This document shows, in pieces, positions 14,798 through 18,688 of a stretch of DNA of 18,688 nt. The stretch spans positions 1 to 18,688 of the forward strand of contig CAVVEU010000030.1 of the NCBI GenBank assembly GCA_963747235.1. The letters are read 5' to 3'. This stretch comes from an uncultured Candidatus Rokubacteria bacterium. GTDB taxonomy: Bacteria; Methylomirabilota; Methylomirabilia; Rokubacteriales; CSP1-6. The stretch's first letter is position 1. The number at the start of each line of letters is the position of its first letter. The position numbers and the translations under genes are program-made. Under the pieces are notes generated by a model. That model was not told the DNA's origin. It ran no database searches and saw only the letters and a program-made list of their open reading frames with translations.

Positions 14798-16810
14798 ATG
14801 CCCTCGTCCTGGTTCGAACCACTCCCGGCCCGGGTGACCTACCAGGCGGAGGCGCACGCGGAGAATCGCGCCGCCCTCGCGGAGGCCGCCGCGGCCGCGT
14901 GCGCGCGCACCGCGCCCACGCTGCTCGCGATGCAGAAGCCCGAGGGCTACTGGGTGGGCGATCTGCTCGCCGACTCCACGCTCGAGTCCGACTACGTCCT
15001 GCTGCAGCTCTGGCTGCATCCGCCGCGGGACGGCGAGTGGAAGCCGCCCACGTGGGATCGCATCCAGCGGGCGCGCAAGGCCATCCTGGCCCGACAGAAG
15101 TCGGACGGCGGCTTCAACATCTATCCGGACGGTCCCGCGGACGTCAACGCCACCATCAAGGGCTACATCGCGCTCAAGCTCGCGGGGCTCGGCGTCCACA
15201 GCGAGCCGCTGCAGCGGGCGCGCGACGCGATCCTCAACCTGGGCGGCCTCCAGGAGGCGAACAGCTACGTCCGGATCAACCTGAGCCTCTTCGGCCTCTA
15301 CCCGAAGCGCCACGTGCCCACGATTCCGGTGGAGCTGGCCCTGGTGCCCGGCGGGCTCATCTACGAGATGTCGTCCTGGACGCGCGCGATCGTGATGCCG
15401 CTGACCATCATCCAGGCAAAGACCGACACGCGTCCGGTGCCGGCGGGCTTCACCCTGGACGAGCTGGTGGTGCCGGGAAAGAGCTTCAAGCTGCCGAAGC
15501 GCGACCGGCTCTCCGCGCTGTTCCGCCAGCTCGACATCGCGCTCAAGATGTGGGCGACGCGCGGGCCGGAGATGATCCGGCGGCCCGCGATCCGCGAGGC
15601 CGAGAAGTGGGTGCTAGACCACACGCGGAACAGCGACGGGCTCGGCGCCATTTACCCGTCGATGATGTACCTGATCATGGCGCTCGACGCGCTCGGGTAT
15701 CCGCGCGACCATCCCGACCTCATCGAGGCCATCCGCCAGTACGAGGGCCTGCTGACCGAGACGCCCGAGGCGTTCTTCTTCCAGCCCTGCGTCTCGCCGG
15801 TGTGGGACACCGCCATCGCGATGTTCGCGCTCGGAGAGATGGGCGCGGTGGCGCCCGCCGCGATGCGGCGGGGCGCCGACTGGTTCATCGCCAAGGAGAT
15901 CAGGCGGCGCGGCGACTGGTCGGTGAAGCGGCCCGATCTCGAGCCGTCCGGCTGGGCCTTCGAGTTCGCCAACGAGCACTATCCCGATATCGACGACACC
16001 GCGATGGTGCTGCTGGCCATGCAGCACGCCCAGGCGTCCGACGCGATCGCGCAGGAGCGCTGCGAGCGGCGCGCGGTGGCCTGGCTGGTGGGCATGCAGT
16101 CGGGCGACGGCGGCTGGGCCGCCTTCGACGCCGACAACAACTGGGCCTTCCTCAACCGCGTGCCCTTCGCGGATCACAACGCGATGCTCGACCCGTCGTG
16201 CCCGGACATCACCGGCCGTGTGCTCGAGGCGTTGTGTCGTCGCGGCTTCAAGCTGTCGGATCCCGCGATCGAGAAGGGCGTGGGCTTCCTCCTCGAGACG
16301 CAGGAGCGCGACGGGAGCTGGTACGGGCGCTGGGGCGTGAACTACCTCTACGGCACCTTCCTCGCCCTGCGCGGACTCCGGGCCGCCCAGGATCCCGGTG
16401 CCTCCAAGGCGGTGTGGAAGGCGGGGAAGTGGATCGCCTCGGTGCAGAACGAGGACGGCGGCTGGGGCGAGAGCTGCGCGAGCTACAACGAAGGCCGCTT
16501 CGTGCCCGCGCCGAGCACCCCCTCGCAGACCGCGTGGGCGCTGCTGGGCCTGATCGCGGCCGGTCAGGGCGACACCGAGGCGCTCGTCCGCGGCGTGCGG
16601 CACCTGGTGGACACCCAGAAGCCCGACGGGACCTGGGACGAGCACCTGGCCACCGGCACCGGCTTCCCCAACGTGTTCTACCTGCGCTACACGCTCTACC
16701 GGAATTACTTCCCGCTGCTCGCGCTGACCCAGGCCCGCCGCGCCATCGACGAGGCGGAGCGCGCCCTGCGCCTCGTGCAGGACGCGGCCCCGTCACACCC
16801 GCTGCGCTGA
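14798..16810 (+). CDS. shc: Squalene-hopene cyclase
   Basis: 670 aa. YPDIDDTA (DXDDTA) motif, multiple QW repeats (QKPEGYW, QSGDGGW, QERDGSW, QNEDGGW, QKPDGTW), SPVWDT, GRWGVNY and TGTGFP. Confidence 0.97.
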   Translation: MPSSWFEPLPARVTYQAEAHAENRAALAEAAAAACARTAPTLLAMQKPEGYWVGDLLADSTLESDYVLLQLWLHPPRDGEWKPPTWDRIQRARKAILARQKSDGGFNIYPDGPADVNATIKGYIALKLAGLGVHSEPLQRARDAILNLGGLQEANSYVRINLSLFGLYPKRHVPTIPVELALVPGGLIYEMSSWTRAIVMPLTIIQAKTDTRPVPAGFTLDELVVPGKSFKLPKRDRLSALFRQLDIALKMWATRGPEMIRRPAIREAEKWVLDHTRNSDGLGAIYPSMMYLIMALDALGYPRDHPDLIEAIRQYEGLLTETPEAFFFQPCVSPVWDTAIAMFALGEMGAVAPAAMRRGADWFIAKEIRRRGDWSVKRPDLEPSGWAFEFANEHYPDIDDTAMVLLAMQHAQASDAIAQERCERRAVAWLVGMQSGDGGWAAFDADNNWAFLNRVPFADHNAMLDPSCPDITGRVLEALCRRGFKLSDPAIEKGVGFLLETQERDGSWYGRWGVNYLYGTFLALRGLRAAQDPGASKAVWKAGKWIASVQNEDGGWGESCASYNEGRFVPAPSTPSQTAWALLGLIAAGQGDTEALVRGVRHLVDTQKPDGTWDEHLATGTGFPNVFYLRYTLYRNYFPLLALTQARRAIDEAERALRLVQDAAPSHPLR

Positions 16811-16820
16811 GCGGCCCGGG

Positions 16821-17383
16821 CTAGACGCCGGGGGCCGCGGCCTCCAGCGCGGGCGCCTCCGCGCCCGCCTCCAGCGCCACCGCCGCCGCGTAGATCGTCG
16901 CGGCGATCCGCACCGCGTCGTTGACGTGATCGGGCGTGAGCCCGCCGTCCGTCACCGTCTTCTCGTGCGCGCGCACGCACATCTCGCAGCCGTTGATCGC
17001 GCTCACCGCCAGGGCCATGAGCTCGAAGTCGGTCCGGTTGGTCGCGGGCTGCATGAGCCGGTTCATCCGGAGCCCGGCCGGCTTCTCGCCGTAGATGGGC
17101 TTGCCCACCATGTGGCGGAAGCGGTAGTAGACATTGTTCATCGCCATGAGCGACGCGGCCGCCTTGGCGTCCTCCACCGCAGCGGCCCCCGCCGCGGTGA
17201 GCGCCGCCGCGAGCACGGCCTCCCGGAGCCGCGCGTGGCGGGCGGCGACCGCCGCGGCCACCGCCACGCCCCAGCGCTGCGTCTCGCGGAGCGCGCCCCC
17301 GCGCAGCACCGCCTGCAGGTTCAGGCGGATGTCCTTCGCCGCGTCGGGAATCGCTCCTGCTCCTGCTGCTCGAGCGCGTCCAC
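16821..17383 (-). CDS. ahpD: Alkylhydroperoxidase AhpD (one apparent frameshift near 17355)
   Basis: Motifs AASLMAMNNVYYRF and AVSAINGCEMCVRAH (CxxC). The N-terminus (M)DALEQ... joins AIPDAAKDIRLNL only across a frame change. Confidence 0.85.
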
Positions 17384-17384
17384 G

Positions 17385-17922
17385 TCACGCCACCTGCAGC
17401 GTGGCCTCGCCCGCCTTCCAGTTACACGGGCAGAGCTCGTCGGTCTGGAGCGCGTCGAGGACGCGCAGCGACCTCGTCCACGTTGCGGCCGACCGAGAGG
17501 TCGTTCACGCTGGCCCAGCGAATGACGCCCTGCGGATCCACGATGAAGGTGGCCCGCAGCGGCACGCCCTCGCCCCGGTGCAGGATGCCGAGCGCGGTCG
17601 AGAGCTCGCGCTTGGTGTCGGCCAGCATGGGGAAGGGCAGGCTCTTGAGATCCGCGTGATCGCGGCGCCACGCGAGGTGGACGAAGTGGGTGTCGGTGCT
17701 CATCCCGAGCACCTGCGCGTCGCGCTCGCGAAATCCTCGTCCGCTTGCCGAACTCGGCGATCTCGGTGGGACAGACGAAGGTGAAGTCCATCGGCCAGGA
17801 GAAGAGCACCAGCCACTGGCCGGGATAGCTCTGGTGGCGATCTGGGTGAACTCCTTGCCTCGGTCGAGGCTGACAGTGGCCTGGAGGTCGAACTCGGCCA
17901 GACGGTCTCCGACGGTCAACAT
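17385..17922 (-). CDS. ahpC: Peroxiredoxin AhpC (about three apparent frameshifts)
   Basis: Segments MLTVGD..., WPMDFTFVCPTEI, STDTHFVHLAWR..RATFIVDP..VGRNVDEV and LRVLDALQTDELCPCNW lie in alternating frames. Stop TGA at 17385-17387. Confidence 0.85.
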
Positions 17923-18043
17923 GGCCGTGTTCCTTTTTGGCTTCCTCGCCCCGGAGGGCGCGTGCGGGTTCGGGTTCCCTACTTCAGATGGTTAGGGTGC
18001 CCTAAAGGATGCAGCCGGTCGAACGAGGAGGGGCGGGGGTCGG

Positions 18044-18688
18044 CTAGAGGGCGGTGAAGACGGCCCGGGCCAGGCCGGGCAGCTCCGGTGGCCCCGGGCG
18101 CCCATGATCAGCACGGTGTCGCCCGGCCGGGCCTCCGCCCGGATCCAGTCGATCACCGCCGGGTGGCTCGAAGCGTACCCGCAGGCCAGGGCGGTCGGCA
18201 GGTCGTCGGCCAGCATGCCGCTCGAGATGTCCTTGGCCACGGTGCCCCCCGCGTAGAAGATCTCCGCGTAGCAGAGGCGGTCCGCGGGCCGCAGCAGCCG
18301 CGGCATCAGGTCGCGCAGCTCGGGCCGCAGGAAGCGGGCGGGCCCGAAGCCATGCGGCTGGAAGACCGCCAGCACGCGTGAAGCGCCGGCCTGGGCCGCG
18401 GTGGTCGCGGCGCGGAGCTTCTTCCCGTTGTGCGCGTAGTCGTCCACCACCCGGATGCCCGCGGCGGTCACGCCGATCACCTCGAAGCGGCGCGCCACGC
18501 CGGGGAACCGGGCGAGCAGCGCCGCCACCGTCGCCGGAGCGATGCCCAGGTCGAGCGCGATGAGGGCCGCGGCCGCCGCGTTCTCCAGGTTGTGGAGGCC
18601 GGGCTGGGGCACGTCCAGGACGAGCGGCCCGGTGGGGAGGCGCAGGATCCCGCGCGCGCGATGGGGACCGGTGCTCGTGACCTCGAGC
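18044..18688 (-). CDS. Mur ligase family protein (MurC/Mpl-like), 5' part outside the window, apparent frameshift near 18090
   Basis: Motifs GLHNLENA, FPGVARRFE, DDYAHN, VFQPH and GDTVLIMGA. The frame is open to the window edge. The natural end PELPGLARAVFTAL* (TAG at 18044-18046) is in another frame. Confidence 0.8.
   Translation of the reverse strand, partial: ARGHEHRSPSRARDPAPPHRAARPGRAPARPPQPGERGGRGPHRARPGHRSGDGGGAARPVPRRGAPLRGDRRDRRGHPGGGRLRAQREEAPRRDHRGPGRRFTRAGGLPAAWLRARPLPAARAARPDAAAAAARGPPLLRGDLLRGGHRGQGHLERHAGRRPADRPGLRVRFEPPGGDRLDPGGGPAGRHRADHGRPGPPELPGLARAVFTAL

Overview
High-GC bacterial window; the gene content and style suggest a soil or subsurface MAG such as Ca. Rokubacteria (inference only). 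Left to right: an orphan ABC substrate-binding protein gene, a divergent ThDP-dependent acetolactate-synthase-like enzyme, and then a tandem array of insertions at the 3' half of tRNA-Ala(GGC). The outer ~1.1 kb islet carries one secreted DUF4919-like gene. The inner ~7.9 kb island (4168-12143) is bounded by an exact 47-bp direct repeat, has an identical 18-bp arm-like motif inside each end, and has no recognisable integrase. It carries decayed gene fragments, an amidase, an alpha/beta hydrolase, a DppABC-type transporter without ATPases and a GntR regulator. To the right are core-looking genes: tRNA-Ala, tpx, tRNA-Leu(CAA), an NMO/FabK-like flavoprotein, a FabL-like SDR, squalene-hopene cyclase, frameshifted ahpD and ahpC, and the 3' part of a MurC-like ligase. 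The frameshift cluster at ~17350-18100 is probably sequencing or assembly error. I see no CRISPR array or clearly new multi-gene machine. The most notable structure is the integrase-less tandem tRNA-Ala island with its att, arm and terminator architecture still readable.
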